A DNA stretch of 64,000 bases from Protoeuglena noctilucae. Lineage: Eukaryota. The stretch spans positions 124,001 through 188,000 of the forward strand of contig OY253671.1 in the NCBI GenBank assembly GCA_958009085.1, in the 5' to 3' direction. The number at the start of each line of letters is the position of its first letter. The first letter of the stretch is position 1. The translations under genes were made by a program, and so were the position numbers. The notes under the pieces are model-generated. The model did no database searches and had not been told where the DNA came from. It saw nothing but the letters and a program-made list of their open reading frames with translations. Below are positions 1-17,081 of the stretch, piece after piece.

Positions 1-7
1 CCTGCAG

Positions 8-1243
8 GAGAAAGAGAAGAAGGACGACGGGAAGGGCAGGAAAGCAGAGAAGGAGGGGCAAGGGAAGGAGGGAAGGAAGAGCTATGGGAACGGGTTGGTG
101 AGCGGCATATTGCGCGAAATCGCGTGCCTCCTCAACTCGACGTTCCGCTCCCTCAAGACTGTGGTGTCAGCGGCCGAGGACGGCAACAGCGGAGTGGGCC
201 TCGAGAGTGGGTTCGCTACTGATGGAGACGTCATCGCATTCTTCAACAAGATGGGCCTGCCGGACCTTCGCAATAAGGTCCTTGAGACGCTCCTGGGGAG
301 GAAGCTGACGATGCGTGAGAAAGCCCCCAACACCAAGCACAAGCTCCTCTTGAAGGGAGAAGGGCTGCTGGGGGCCAAGAAGGGTGACCTCCGCAACAGG
401 GTCTTCTCGGTGAGGGTGCATTTGATCATGCACATCCGCCGGTGGGTGGAGGACAACCCGGAGGCAGCCAAGAAGCACATCAAGGAACTCCGTGACCGTT
501 TGCGTGAGAGGGCTCTCAACAGCAGGGGCTGCGCGGGCAAGCGCAGGTCCAAGCGCAAGTCTGGGACGCCCCGGGCGCAGCGGGGGTGAGTCCGGATTTC
601 CCATGAATCCATGGGGAGGGCAGCCGTTCCCATTGCGCAGCGCTGCAATCTCAAAACTAGCATTGCGTTTGATGATCATGATCACCTTCTTCTTTCGACT
701 GCCGGCCGCAGGGGGACTGGCAGCGGGCCCGAGGCCACCAACACGCTCGCTGCCAAGGGCGGCGTCGAGAAGCGCAAGGCGGCGATTATCGCTTGCAAGG
801 CAGCCACTCCCCGCAAGGCAGCCAACCTCCGCAAGGCAGCCACCGCCCTCGGCCCAGCCACGGCATCCCGCATGCGCACCCAATCTGTGGCGGCGAGGGA
901 AGCCGCGAGCGTCCCGGAGGCAGACATCGGGTCGGACCCTGACCAGCCGCTGCCGCCGACGCCGATGACGCTGGACATGGGCAAGGCGTCGAGGGGGACA
1001 ATGGAGGTCGACAGCAAGTTCAGCAGCGGCCTCTCTGAGCCCACCAGCGACGGCGGCGATTCGTTGCCGGCCAGCATCGGTGACCTTTTGGGGCCGGCCA
1101 AGGGTGGCGACCCCTGGGAGCCAGCTTGCAGTGGTGATGTGCTCAGCGAGCTCCTGGGTAGTGAATGGAAGCCCATCCGGGACATCCAGGATATCGAGAG
1201 CTCCTGCCTGCAGCCCGCTGTGTCCGTGTGGGCCGAGCACTAG
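8..1243 (+). CDS. Hypothetical protein, 3' exons of a gene entering from the left edge
   Basis: CTGCAG acceptor at 2-7 opens a Lys/Glu-rich frame continuing into ORF 95..589. GTGAGT donor-like site at 586, second ORF 611..1243. No family recognised; splice phase not resolved. Confidence 0.4.
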
Positions 1244-1638
1244 GCCGGATGCTGCCGTGCACGCGTGCCAGCGAGCAGCCCGCCTGCGTTGCCCCATTGC
1301 GATTCTTTTACCCTGTTCGCACCTTTCCTGCCCTTGACTTCCCGCACCCGGCTGCCTCGCTTTGCTTTTGTGTGCCCTGCCACCCCATCCTCAGCAGCCC
1401 TTGTCTGGCAACGCTGCCCTATAGTCGCATGCGCTGCCAGCGCTAGCCACACTCATAGGTGCAACCTCGCATCGCAGCACCTGGCCCTTCTCAGCCCTGA
1501 AAATTGAATGCGTGCCCCCGTTTTACCACCAAAGCGGACCACGCTGCCCCGACAAGCCTGACAGCAAACGCTGACCAAGCATGCCATGCCAAAGCAGGTT
1601 TTTAGTAACCATGCATTCCATGCACCACAGCTGCCTCT

Positions 1639-5695
<4,057 letters not shown>

Positions 5696-5944
5696 CCCCG
5701 CCCTCGGCATCCCAAGGTCTCGGATCCGAACTCAGGAAATGCGGAAGCCCCCTTGGGCGCACACAGCAAGCGCCCAGGGGCCAGGCCAGGCACTGGTTTG
5801 CCGGCGAGGCCTAAGCCGCTCTCCGAACGCAGCATCAGCTTAGGCGCTTTGCTTTCAGAGCATCTCCGAAGATCTAGATGGTGGTCATCGCCAGTAACTT
5901 CAACGGGTTGCGGGTCCCAGCCGGACAGCACGTTTCATGGCACG

Positions 5945-7460
5945 TCAGCGCGTGAGCGTCTTGCCGGTGTTGGTCTTGGGGCCCGCAACGGCCAGCGCCT
6001 GGCCCAACGTCGACTTCTCGAGTGCGTCGAAGTCCTCGTTGGGGCACGGCTTGCCCAGGTTGGTCTGGTGCTCGTTGTAGTCCTTCGCCCACCGAATGGT
6101 CTGGGGCACCATTCCGCACAGGCCAGGGTTCATGTGAACGGACGTAACGACCATGCCCGTCCTGCGCGCACATGATAGCACAGCGAGACCTTAGAGACGC
6201 GGCCGACAGCGCCAGCACTGGCCGCACGCACGCATGCATGCACACCCGCACACCGCAGCGCAGCGCAGCACAATACATCCCAGCGCCTCTCACTTAGCCA
6301 CCGGGTAGAGGTTGCCCTCGAGTTTGTTGGCTGCCAGGGTCAGCTGGTTGAGGTTCTCGGAAATGGCCACCCACTCCTCCGGGATGCCCCCCGTGAACTC
6401 GTTGTACGCGAACCGCAGGCGGTAAATATGTTTCATCTTAGAGAACTCCGGGATCTGCGGGCAGTGACGCGGAATAAGCTGCGACTAACCCGTTGCAACC
6501 TCGTGACCACCTCGCGCACCCACCCGGCCCGGTCCGCGCCTCGCCACCACAGCCTCTCTATTGCCACCGCAGCTGCGCGTCTCACCAGGGGCCCGCCCAG
6601 CGTGAAATTGTTCTCGACCTTAAACTCCTCGAGGTACTCCAACTCATGCACGTTCCTGGGGAGACCTCCCGAGAGGCAGTTGAAGGAGAGATCAAGCTCG
6701 ACCAGGTCCTTGAAGCACTTGGGGAACCAGTCGGGGATCGGACCCGTCATGCACGACCTGCGGGGGTGCGAGGGAGGTCGCCAGGGTCGCTCACCCGCAC
6801 ACGACGCTTTGCTGAGGACATCGACTGCATATGCGCACCACATGTGCACGTGGGCTGTGGATCAGGGTCGCACACTATGCTCCGCTCCTAGCACAGACCG
6901 CATATGGCCACATGAGCTGTCGCCATGCCGCACCCGTCCATGTCGAACTCGCGGAGGTGCGAGAAGACGCACAGCGGCTGTGGCACCGGCCCCGTGAGGT
7001 GCAAGTCGCAGAGGTGGATGTTGGTGACGTAGCCGTCGTAGATGCCGTTGTTGATGGAACTGATGGCCGGGCCGCGGCAGTACATGTGGTCCCAGTTGCC
7101 GCGCCAGTCGGGGCCGCAGGGGTCGCATGTGCCGATCGGGGGACAGGTCCAGGTCCGGAGCCCCTGCGAAGGTGCGAGAATGCGGCCCGTGGAGACAGGT
7201 CCAGGTCCGGAGCCCCTGCAAAGCGGTGCAAAGGCGAGCGGGTGCCGCCCACACTCGCGCCCCGGGGCTGTCCCCGAGGGCTGGCCGGGAGCGCGGTGGC
7301 GCGGCTTGCTCACCCACGCCCACTGCGGAGAGCGGTTCTCGTACAGCTTCTTGAACGCCAGGAGCAGCTCTATCTGGTCGGGGCGCGTGTAGGCGCGGGC
7401 CAGGCCAATAGCCATGCCCGCCAGGGTCCCCACCGCCAGGGCGGCCCTGAGGAGCAGCAT
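5945..7460 (-). CDS. Secreted plant-type extracellular LRR protein (PGIP/RLP-ectodomain-like), 5 exons
   Basis: Signal peptide MLLLRAALAVGTLAGMAIGLARA and Cys-rich N-cap. Repeats LVELDLSFNCLSGGLP, IYRLRFAYNEFTGGIP, LNQLTLAANKLEGNL. C-cap NPGLCGMVP. No TM segment seen. Confidence 0.8.
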
Positions 7461-8001
7461 CGCGAGAGATGGACGCGGCAGTCGACGTATCGCCAAGAGG
7501 TCACGCTGGGTATGGCAATGGCGGAGTCCTCGCGCGAGGCCGTGGAAGCAGGCCAGCACAGGGCGTTGGCGGGCAAGTCACCTGCCTGTCCGACCACGTC
7601 CGCGCCCGACATCGGGTCACGCGCACCCCTGCGCTTCGATGCTTCAATACAGGGGGCGATGAGGGCACTTACGGCTCCCCAGCACCCGCGGGTCGACCGG
7701 GGGGATCGCTGTGGGGTCTACATCTGGGCCTCGCGCGCGACGGGGCCGTTGACCCCCGATGCGCCTCCTTCTCGGGGTTACTGTCAATCACGCGCAGGTT
7801 CTGGCGTAGAGAAACGTTGAATTGCCCTGTGGATTGGGCCGGGGCGGATGCCCTTCTCTTGCGCTTGGTGCCAGGTCAGCAGCGCATCGAAGAGGCAGCG
7901 GGCGCGGCTGGCTGGGTCCATAACAGCTCTTTCGTTCGTGGCTTGATCTCGACGTACGAGCCGTGAATTTCTGGACCCCAGCCGAGCCAGGCGCGAGCAC
8001 C

Positions 8002-10938
8002 ATGGCGTCCCACGGCGCGCCGGAGAGGGCCGCTGTCCGCCAGCAGGTTCTCCTGCAACATCTGACTCCGGTGAGGGCATGCGGATCCCCGCGCATGGCT
8101 TCTGCGCGCGCGTCGGGACCTGGGACGCTCGGCGCCGCCTGCCCGCGCGTGGTGGCCGTTCTGCGCGAGTCAGGGGCGCGTTTCTGTGACCTTTTGATCG
8201 TGTTATGTTGGGATTGCCGAGGGTGTACGGAAAAAGCCGCTGATGGTCTCGCGGGAGCCGCGACTGGCCGGCCCTCAGTTCGGAACCGTTTCCCTCGCTC
8301 TCGCGCCACCCCGGACTTGGAAGCTCCCTTCGCGAAACCCATGTAGCCCTGAAGTACCCAAATCGCGTTGTCGGAGGACTCCCGCGGGCCCGGCGCGTGC
8401 TTTTCCCCTCCCTCAGCAAATGCCTCTGGCGCGGAGCGCAGACCGCACCGTGCGGGCAGCGATCGTGTGCTTCCGACGCTTGCATCGACGAAGACGCGGC
8501 CATCATGGATGACCTCGTGCGCGCGGCCCCGAGATCCTCGTTCTGCCTCTGCTCGCAGGGCCAGGGCCCCGTCGCCCTCCCGACGAGCGTGGGTGACTCT
8601 GCGGCTTACGAGCGCTGCATCGGTGCGGCGGACGATGTTGTCGTGGTCGCTGCGCTGCGCAGCCCGCTGACCAAGGCGCGCCGGGGCATGCTGAAGGACA
8701 CGAGCGCGGACGACCTGCTCGCCGCCGGTAAGCAGCGCCGCCCGGCCTCAGGACTCCGCGGTTTGATGCGTAGCATAGTGTCTGACGCTTTAGCTTCACT
8801 CCCACACCTCCCTGCTCCTGTCCCGTGTCGGGGGTGTTGCCGGCAACGCTTCTGCGCCCTCGGCGCGACCCACCCTGCGCGACCCACCCGCAGTGTTAGA
8901 GGCGGTTCTGCAGAAGACGGGCGTGAACCCCGCGGACGTGGGCGACGTCGTGGTGGGCTCGGTCCTGGGCCCTTCGTCCCAGCGTGCCAACGAGGCGCGC
9001 ATCGCCCTCTTCCTCGCTGGCTTCCCCGACATCGTCCCCGTGCGCACCGTGAACCGCCAGTGCTCGAGCGGGCTGCAGGCGGTCGCCGACGTGGCCGCGG
9101 GCATCAAGGCGGGCTACTACGACATCGGCATCGCAGGAGGGGTCGAGACCATGTCGCGCAACCCCATGGCGGTGAGGAGGGAGCAAGGAGCTCTAAGCGA
9201 GGGGTTCATTGGAACTCGGCGGGAGCTAGGTTTTGGTGATTGCGTTTTGCTTGTAACGACGCTGGTGCCCGGCAACCCCCACGGGAGTGCGCGAGTGACC
9301 GACCCCCGTCACCAACCCCCCGTCGTCGTCACCGCTTGCAGTGGGAGGGCGGGATCAACCCCCGCGTGAAAGACGTCCCCCAGGCCAAGAGCTGCCTGAT
9401 GCCCATGGGCATCACCTCCGAGAACGTGGCCGCCAAGTACGGCATCGCGCGCGAGGTGCAGGACCGTTTCGCGGCCCTGTCGCACGTCCGGGCCCACGCG
9501 GCGCAGCAGGCGGGCAAGTTCGTCTCGGAGATTGTGCCCATCCGCACCAAGGTCAAGGTGAGCGATTTCGAACGGCTGCGGCGGTGTTGATTGACAGCTG
9601 GGAGCATCCACTAGTGCCGGAACGCCCACCCACCACCACGCCACCCGCCCGGCCACGCTGAAGTGATGACCCGGGTACCGGGTGACCAATTCGATACCTG
9701 CGTCGACTTAGCTGCGTACTTTGTTCATCTCGACTGCAGGACGAGAACGGGAAGGAGCATGAGGTGACCGTCACGGTGGACGACGGCGTGCGGCCCGAGA
9801 CGACGGCCGCGTCCCTGGGCAAGCTCAAGCCGGCCTTCTCGGAGCGGGGGACCACCACGGCGGGCAACTCCTCCCAGGTCACGGGTGAGTGGACGCGCGG
9901 GGTGATGAGGTGTTGGGGTGGTGGGCGCAGGTGCAGTGCTAAGTTACTTGGGTCAACACTTGTCCATGCCAGCTGGCTCCGCACATTACCCCCACCGCCC
10001 CAGCGACGTCACACCTCACATCCCGTGCCACCTCGCCCCACCGCAGACGGCGCCGCAGCGGTGATGCTGATGCGCCGTGCCGAGGCCGTGCGCCGTGGCC
10101 TGCCCATCCTGGGCGTCTTCCGGACGGCGGCCGTGGTCGGCGTGGACCCGGCCGTCATGGGCATCGGCCCCGCCGTCGCCATCCCCGCCGCTGTGCAGAA
10201 GGCCGGTCTGCAGGTGAGACGTCGCATGGTGTGGGGTCGGCGCAGCACGGGTGCGAGCACTGCCGATGCACGATGCACGCGCGTGTGCTGGTACTGCGAG
10301 CACACACGCCTGTGCGTTTGCATTTGATGGCCATGCGCGTGCATGGTGCATTTGGCAGAGCCAATCAGGACGCGCCTTGCACCCCACACCGCGCCCGCCC
10401 CCCTCTTGGCCACCCTGGCTGGTCCCAAGCAGACTTCCCGACCTTTCAAACTCCCACTCTTTCATTGGCCTACTTTGATCTCGAAACTTAGTTATCTCTG
10501 CCCCCGCAGCTCTCCGACATCGACGTCTACGAGATCAACGAGGCGTTCGCCAGCCAGGCCACCTACTGCGTGGAGCACCTGGGGCTGGACCCGCAGAAGG
10601 TCAACCCGAACGGCGGGGCCATCGCCCTGGGGCATCCCTTGGGCTGCACGGGTGCACGACAGGCGAGTGCCACATGGGATGGGCTTGGATGGGCTCGGAA
10701 CGGTGGTGCGGGCTCGGTGTTGGCGAACGTGACGTGGCGCTCTCACCCCGCACAGGTGGCGACGCTGCTGCACGAGATGGGCCGGCGGGGCAACGCGGCG
10801 CGCTTCGGGGTGGTGTCGATGTGCATTGGGTCTGGGATGGGCATGGCGGCCGTGTTTGAGGCGGGGCCCACCGTGGACCCCTTGCGCAACGCCAGGCCCA
10901 CCACGCACCACGCGCACCTGTCCCGGGACGCGGCGTGA
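8002..10938 (+). CDS. KAT2: Peroxisomal 3-ketoacyl-CoA thiolase (KAT2/PED1-like)
   Basis: Exon 1 [21 protein letters not shown] carries a PTS2 (RQx5HL). Catalytic motifs NRQCSSG, NEAFA, GHPLG and SMCIGSG present. Confidence 0.93.
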
Positions 10939-11439
10939 GGAGGTCAGCGCGGGAGTGGCCGGAAGGGCGTAGCGGACAGCCTCCGCGCGGATGCATGTGG
11001 ATGTAGCTTTGCGAGGAAAAGCTCTGACGTGTTTGCGCTGCCAGGCAGAAGCGCGCGTTGAACGGACGGAGCATGAGGTGGTGCGGATGACATTTCCTGG
11101 TGTTCATGAAAGCGCCGTTGAGAGCAGGAGGGGTGGAAACTCGGTGCTAGGCTGCCCACGGCCCTCTTGCGTGAATGGAGCGAATTGGGGTCTCTATATG
11201 GCTGGCTGCAATCGACCGACAGCCGCAGTGAAGTCGTTTTAACGTCATGGCCGACGTCTTTCATGGCGCACTCGTGGCGGGCGGCGTCACTGGACCAAAA
11301 TGCAGTCACCACCGCAACTGCGGCGTGGCCTGGGGCAGGTCGCCCGCGAAGCCTGTATATGCAGCGTTCACATGGCATAGAAGGTGATGCGCATGGTTGC
11401 TGTCGCCACCGATGGCTGCGGCGCGAGGAGGCCGTAGCA

Positions 11440-13607
11440 ATGCCTTACGCACTCGCATGGCTGCCGCTGCGCGGGGAACCGTCCCCGCGCCGAGATTTTG
11501 TCCATTTACATAGCTCATTATGCTATCGATGCAGATTTGCGGAGACACGCGCCGCATCGGGCTCCGCGGATCGTAAGACGACCTCAGCAAACCCAACGCC
11601 TCTCCGGGAGGCCCTCGTCTGCGTCTCCGGAGAAGACGACTGGCGAAAGCCACTTCTAGTTTCTCCAAGTGAGATGCAGCCGTTTGGCATGGCGAAGCCG
11701 CGCCTTTGCGACGCAGCGACCTCAGCCCAGCTTCGTGCGTCCCCAGAGCAAGGCGGGGGCGCGTGCGTGGCGCTCGGCAAGTTCGACGCGATGCATGTGG
11801 GGCACCGGGAACTCGCGGCGCGGTGCGCGGCCATGGGCGAGACCCCTTTCCTGGTCAGCTTCTGGGGAATGGCGGAGGTCCTGGGATGGGAGGGCCGTCT
11901 CCCCGTGGGTGAGCCCCTTGCGCGCTATGCTTTATATCTAACGATAACTAGCACACTTTTGTCAAATGGTTTCGACACGCGCCGCCCCCGCCCGTCGACG
12001 CTCCTCGCAGTGGCGCCACAGGACCGGTCCCGCGTGCTGCAGTCGTGGGCCCCGCATTGCGCCGGCCGCGCCCCTCGCCAGCGGGTGCTGCCCTTCCGGG
12101 CGATCCGGGAGATGCCGCCGGAGGATTTCGTGGAATTCCTCGCACGCGACCTCGGCGCGACTGGGTGAGGGAGATGGGTGGGCACTTGTCTTGGCGTGCT
12201 GCTGCGCGCATGGGATGCGCATGCTGTGCTACCAACGCCGACAGCTTCGTTGCTGTGCACTCCTGTTGTTGCTTGACTTATGCGGATGTCTCAGAGACCT
12301 GCAGGTTGCTTCGCAGTGGAGCTAGGCCCAGCCTGTGTGTGCTATGCAAACCCAGCTGTCGCTATGGTCATCGCCATCGTTGTCTGACGCTGCAGGGTCG
12401 TGGCTGGGAAGAACTACCGATTCGGATACAAGGCGCGTGGCACGGCGGAGGACCTCGTCTCTCTCGGCCATCGGTGGGGCATGCGCGTGGAGGTGGTCGA
12501 GATGGTGGGGCCGCATGGGGAGGGAGGGCCTCATGCCTCCAGGTGCGTGGCATTATAACACCGTGCAGTTTCTTAAAGAGCTTTCATGTACTACATGACC
12601 GTTATTATGGGAGTAATGGTTATCTAGGCAGATGACAAAACGCGCTGCCCCAAGCCACCCTCGCACCCTTGCACCCATGTCCCATGCTGTCGGTTGCTCC
12701 TATCGTCTCATGCCTTTCTTTCATACCCACTATCGATATCTCCATCTACTCCCGCCTCGTCTCCCGCAGCTCTTTGGTCAGGGAGGCCATGGCAGCTGGC
12801 GACATGGGTCGTGTGACGCAGCTGATGGGAAGACGGCATCGGGTCATAGCGCTGGGGACCTGCAAGGGTGGGGATGGTGCAGGGTTGCCAGCAACACTGC
12901 ATGGCGTTGAATCGGCTCAGCCAAGGACGGCGGAGCAGGAGGGGGAGGGTGCGGGTGGGGCACACGCTGTGCGAGGGAGCGGGGGTGTCACTCCCGCAGG
13001 ACAGGTGAGCGAAGCCGTGCCCGGCAGCTGCCGCTGTGGCTTTAGTAAGTCTGTCAGCCGTAACAATGTGCGCGGATGGTATCCAGGTGTGTTCCCGTTC
13101 AGTTGCTTTGAGCACTGCTGTCACACTCGCGACCTGCAGGGCTTGCGACTGGAGGGCGGGCGGCTGTGGGTGCCCCGCGGCGCGCTGCAGAATCTGGCAC
13201 CTGGCCAGGGCGAATACGTGGTTGATGCGGGGGTGGGGCCGAGCGAAGAGGGCGATGGTTTGATGGGAGACTGGCGGCCGACGCTGGTGTCAGAGCAGGT
13301 GAGTGGCGGCGAGGGCATGGTGTGGCGCATGGCGGGGCGGTGGCAGCAGTAGCGGGACAGGGATGACAGCGATGGTCTATGGCAATGGGTGGTAAATATT
13401 ACCATCAATGGAATGGTGGGGCGGGGTCAGGGTTGGGTCATGATTGTGGTGATACAGAGCTGAGAAGCAAGGGGGCTGTTTTTGCAAATGCAGGTCAGGT
13501 TGTGTGTGAACGCGGATGGCCTGGAGGCGCACCTGGGAGCGTCAGCAGCAGAGTGGCAGCGTGCGATGGAGCGGGGAGGTCGGGTGCTGGTGACGATCGA
13601 CTTTTGA
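11440..13607 (+). CDS. Plant-type FAD synthetase (RibF-like FMN adenylyltransferase), probably organellar
   Basis: VALGKFDAMHVGH (HxGH), GVVAGKNYRFG, SSLVREAMAAGDMGRVTQLMGR. C-terminal region lacks a clear riboflavin kinase motif. Start uncertain. Confidence 0.8.
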
Positions 13608-13914
13608 AAGGCACAAGCCGTTGCAGGCCGTAACGCGACGAGTTTCGCACAGCAGGTGTCAAGCCAAAGCCCGACAACAGGGCTTTGCAGACACGTGGAC
13701 AGCAGCAGGCACGGACGTCGCACAATGCTGCTGCGCAAAGCCTGACCACTTGCGTCGCAGCACAGAGCAACAGACGTCTCACTGCGCTCCAAAGCGACCT
13801 CCTCTCAGCGCGTCTAGTCCCCATACACGAGCACCAGGGGCGCTGCTCTTCGATTAAAGATCGAGCCCTGCCTCCCTCACAACGCGCATCACATCGCAAG
13901 TACGGTCCCCAGCT

Positions 13915-16900
13915 TCAGACCCCGAAGTCGCGCGCAAGGAACTCCTCGAGCGCAATTTCCTCCAGGTCCTGCTTCCTCTCGTGCGTCTTGCTGACCTTCT
14001 TTTTCGGCAGAACGCTCCGGAACATGACGGGCTTGTCCTTTTTCTTGGGGACGGGCTTGTCCAATGCGCGCGCAAGGGACGCCTTGGCCTTCCGCGCGCG
14101 CTCCTCCACCTGCTCCGATATCTGCGGAGAGAAGTGAGATCGGGAGCGGGGTTGGAAATACATGGAGTGGGAATACATGCAGGGTAAGAGCAAAGTGGAA
14201 CGCGTGCCCAGTTTGTGAAGAGCAACGACGAGCCTCAACATGCAGCTGCGATACATCATTCGCGCAGCTTGCTCATATGCTTCATATGTCTCCCCTCGAT
14301 CACACCACACGCACAACTCACCTCGCGCTCACAACTCTCCTTTCCAACACCCGCTGTCGCTCACCTTGCGCTCCCGCGCTTTCTGCCTCCGCTCCTTCTC
14401 CCGCGCCTTCTCCGCCTCCATCAGCACGTCGCTGGGGATCTCCGCGATGTCCGACAGGTACCGCTCCATCCGCACCTCGATCGCCTTGAGCATCGAAATG
14501 GTGTCCTGCGCCCCGTCCTTCTCCCCCAGGCACGTCTCGAACACCTCCTTGACCTGCGAATGGGAGCGAAAGTGTTGCAATCGACCGATGGAAGCATCGT
14601 GCAATCGCATACGCGTCAACAGAAGGGACCAGGAGGCCAGCAAGGGTGAGCCACCGTGCACCGCCCGTCCCACCGCAGCTCCCCTCTACCACACGCATCC
14701 GCTGCCACTTCACAACATACGCACTGCACTGCACATGCTTCAGCATTGGCAGCCTCGCAACCCCGAGCTGCACAGCCCTCTCCCATCTCGCTCTCGCTCG
14801 CCTTCTTGTGCAGGTCGTCGAGCGTGATGGACCCGGCCCCCTGCTCCGCCACCCCGCTGATCTGCGCCTTGCCCTCGAGCGCTTTCACGCGCTCCCGCTG
14901 CGCCGCGATGCCGACCTCCAGCGCCGCGATCTGCTCCTGCAGCGACTCGGTTTCCGCGTCCATGCGCTCTTTGGTCTCTTTGAACTTCAGCCGCAGCTCC
15001 TCCAGCTGCTCCTCCGTCTCCTGCGCGTTCTGTATCAAGAACAGGTTCTGCTCCTCCAGCTGCGTGAAGACCTCGAGAAGCTGCCCGGGAGTCTTGAAAT
15101 ACATTGGCTCTTGCCAGTCATCGGGCCCGAGGTCCTTTGGGGGCATCGGGGGCCGGGGGCGGTCGCGGATCGCCTCGTAGGTCTTCCGGGCCACTGCCAG
15201 GGCCTCCCGCGCACGCTCTTCTTCCTGTGAGGGAGAGGGAGGGGTGACGGTGGGTGGTGACGGGCGACGGTGGGCGCGGGTGGTGTTGCAAGAGTGACAG
15301 GGGTGGGGCTGGGCATGTCTTGACATCCCGGGCACCATCTTCTTGCTGTCTCTGAACACCACGTGATTTTGACTCACCTGGATGGTCCCACACAGTCGTT
15401 CGCCTCCCACCATCACCATCACCATCACCATCACCATCACCATCACCATCACCATCACCATCACCGTCACCATCACCATCACCATCACCACCTACCCATC
15501 TCACCTGGATGGTCCCGGCATTGTCGAACGCCTCCTGCGCCTTTACCAGCACCTCGTGCGCCTCGGCCTTCCTCGCGTCCAGCTCCCGGCAGTCCCGCTC
15601 CCACCGGTCCATCCGCTCCGCCACGATCTTGCGCTTGCGCTGCTCCTGCTCCTCGAAGAACTCAGGCTGGGGGCGAGAGGTGGGGGTGGGGGGTTGTGGT
15701 GGGGGGTGCGACGAGAGTGGTAACGAATGGGTGTTAGGCGAAGCGGAGTGAGGGTGATGGGAGGGCGAGCGGTGGGGGGATGGTGCAGGGCGGTGCGAGG
15801 CTAAGGGGGTTGATGAGCTGAAGCCGCACGCTGGGGGAGGTGTGGGTGGCAAGCTGTGCAGCACCACGCCTTGGTGGCTAGAAGAGGGACTTATACTTTT
15901 GGCATCTCTCATCCCATGCCCATCCCATCCTCACCGGCGTCAGGTTGTCGAGGAACTCCTTGTATGTCTTGCACTCGTTGAGCTGGTCCTCGTACTTGGT
16001 CAGCTCGGCGTTCAGCGCCTCCTTCTGCTGCACCAGCTTCTTGATCTCCGCCAATCGATCCAACTGCGCGACGAGGAGGGTTCACATGCAGTGTCAGAAC
16101 CCAGCGCATCAGGGCTGCGACGGTCGACATGTGAGGATCCAAAGCGGAGCCGAACAGACCCATGTCTTACCAAATAAGTGAAAGACGCTGAAACTAATCA
16201 GACCAGTTTGTCATCAACGCCCACCCGCACCCAATTACCCACCCCTTCCACACACACCGCATTCACCGTGCATCACACCGTCCACCCGCACCTTGATCTT
16301 GGTCTGGATCTCTGCCTTGGTCTGCGCCGTCTGGACCTTGTCGCGATCCTCCGCGAGGAAATCGTCGAATTTCTGCTGGTGCTGGTCCAGGAGCTCCTTG
16401 GAACGCTTCAACGCCTCCTCGCGCTGTGCCGCACGCTCCTCGAGCTTCCGGATCTCCGATTTCTTCGTGTCCAGGCTCATCTGGACCAAGAAGATCTCAC
16501 GCTTCTGCGGAGTAGAGAAGGAAGGGTGGTAGAGTGAGTAGTGCTCACTCTGGGGGAGTCGAGGGAGAAGGTGCAGGTGGGGCTTGCTGGGGAAGCGGGT
16601 GCTGCTGGCGGGAGGTGCAGCAGAGACCCGAGGCGTGTCGCGTCGCGACCTCTCATGCTCGGGGCGCGCACGGCACCGGTCCCAAGTCCCCAGCACGCAC
16701 CTTGGCGATGAAGTCCGCCATGCTCTCGCGCTCCCCCGCGCGGTGGTCCGTGGGCATCGTCGCGGCCGCCGCGGATATCTCCTTCAGCGCCGTCCGCGCG
16801 GTCGTGCGGTCGTGGACGTCGAGCCCGCTGACGTCAATCGCGGCCATGCGCGCCGAAAAGGTCGACTTGTCCTTCACGGAGGCCTGCAGGTTGCGCTCCC

Positions 16901-17081
16901 GGGCCTGGGCGCGCTGCAGGCGCTCGGCCTCGATGCGTCGGAATATTTCCTCGTCGGAAGGGAGCTCGAAAGGGTTGCCGCGCGGGCCGGCCCCCTCGCC
17001 CAAGTCGCCCCGGGAGCCCGCCCCGCTGTCCCCGCTCGGCGTCCCCTTCCGCCGCGGGAGCGGGGGCAGCATGGACGCCAT
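13915..17081 (-). CDS. CFAP100: Cilia/flagella-associated protein 100 (CCDC37/FAP100, DUF4200)
   Basis: ESMADFIAK-KREIFLVQMSLDTKKSEIRKLEE, MYFKTPGQLLEVFTQLEEQNLFLIQNAQE, long coiled coils. Confidence 0.88.
15408..15490. repeat. (CACCAT)n hexanucleotide microsatellite in a CFAP100 intron
   Basis: About 13-14 tandem caccat units, one caccgt variant. Confidence 0.95.

Noticed and set aside
15363..15737. Poly-His and (IT)n/(MV)n ORFs
   Set aside because: Translations of an intronic (CACCAT)n microsatellite.
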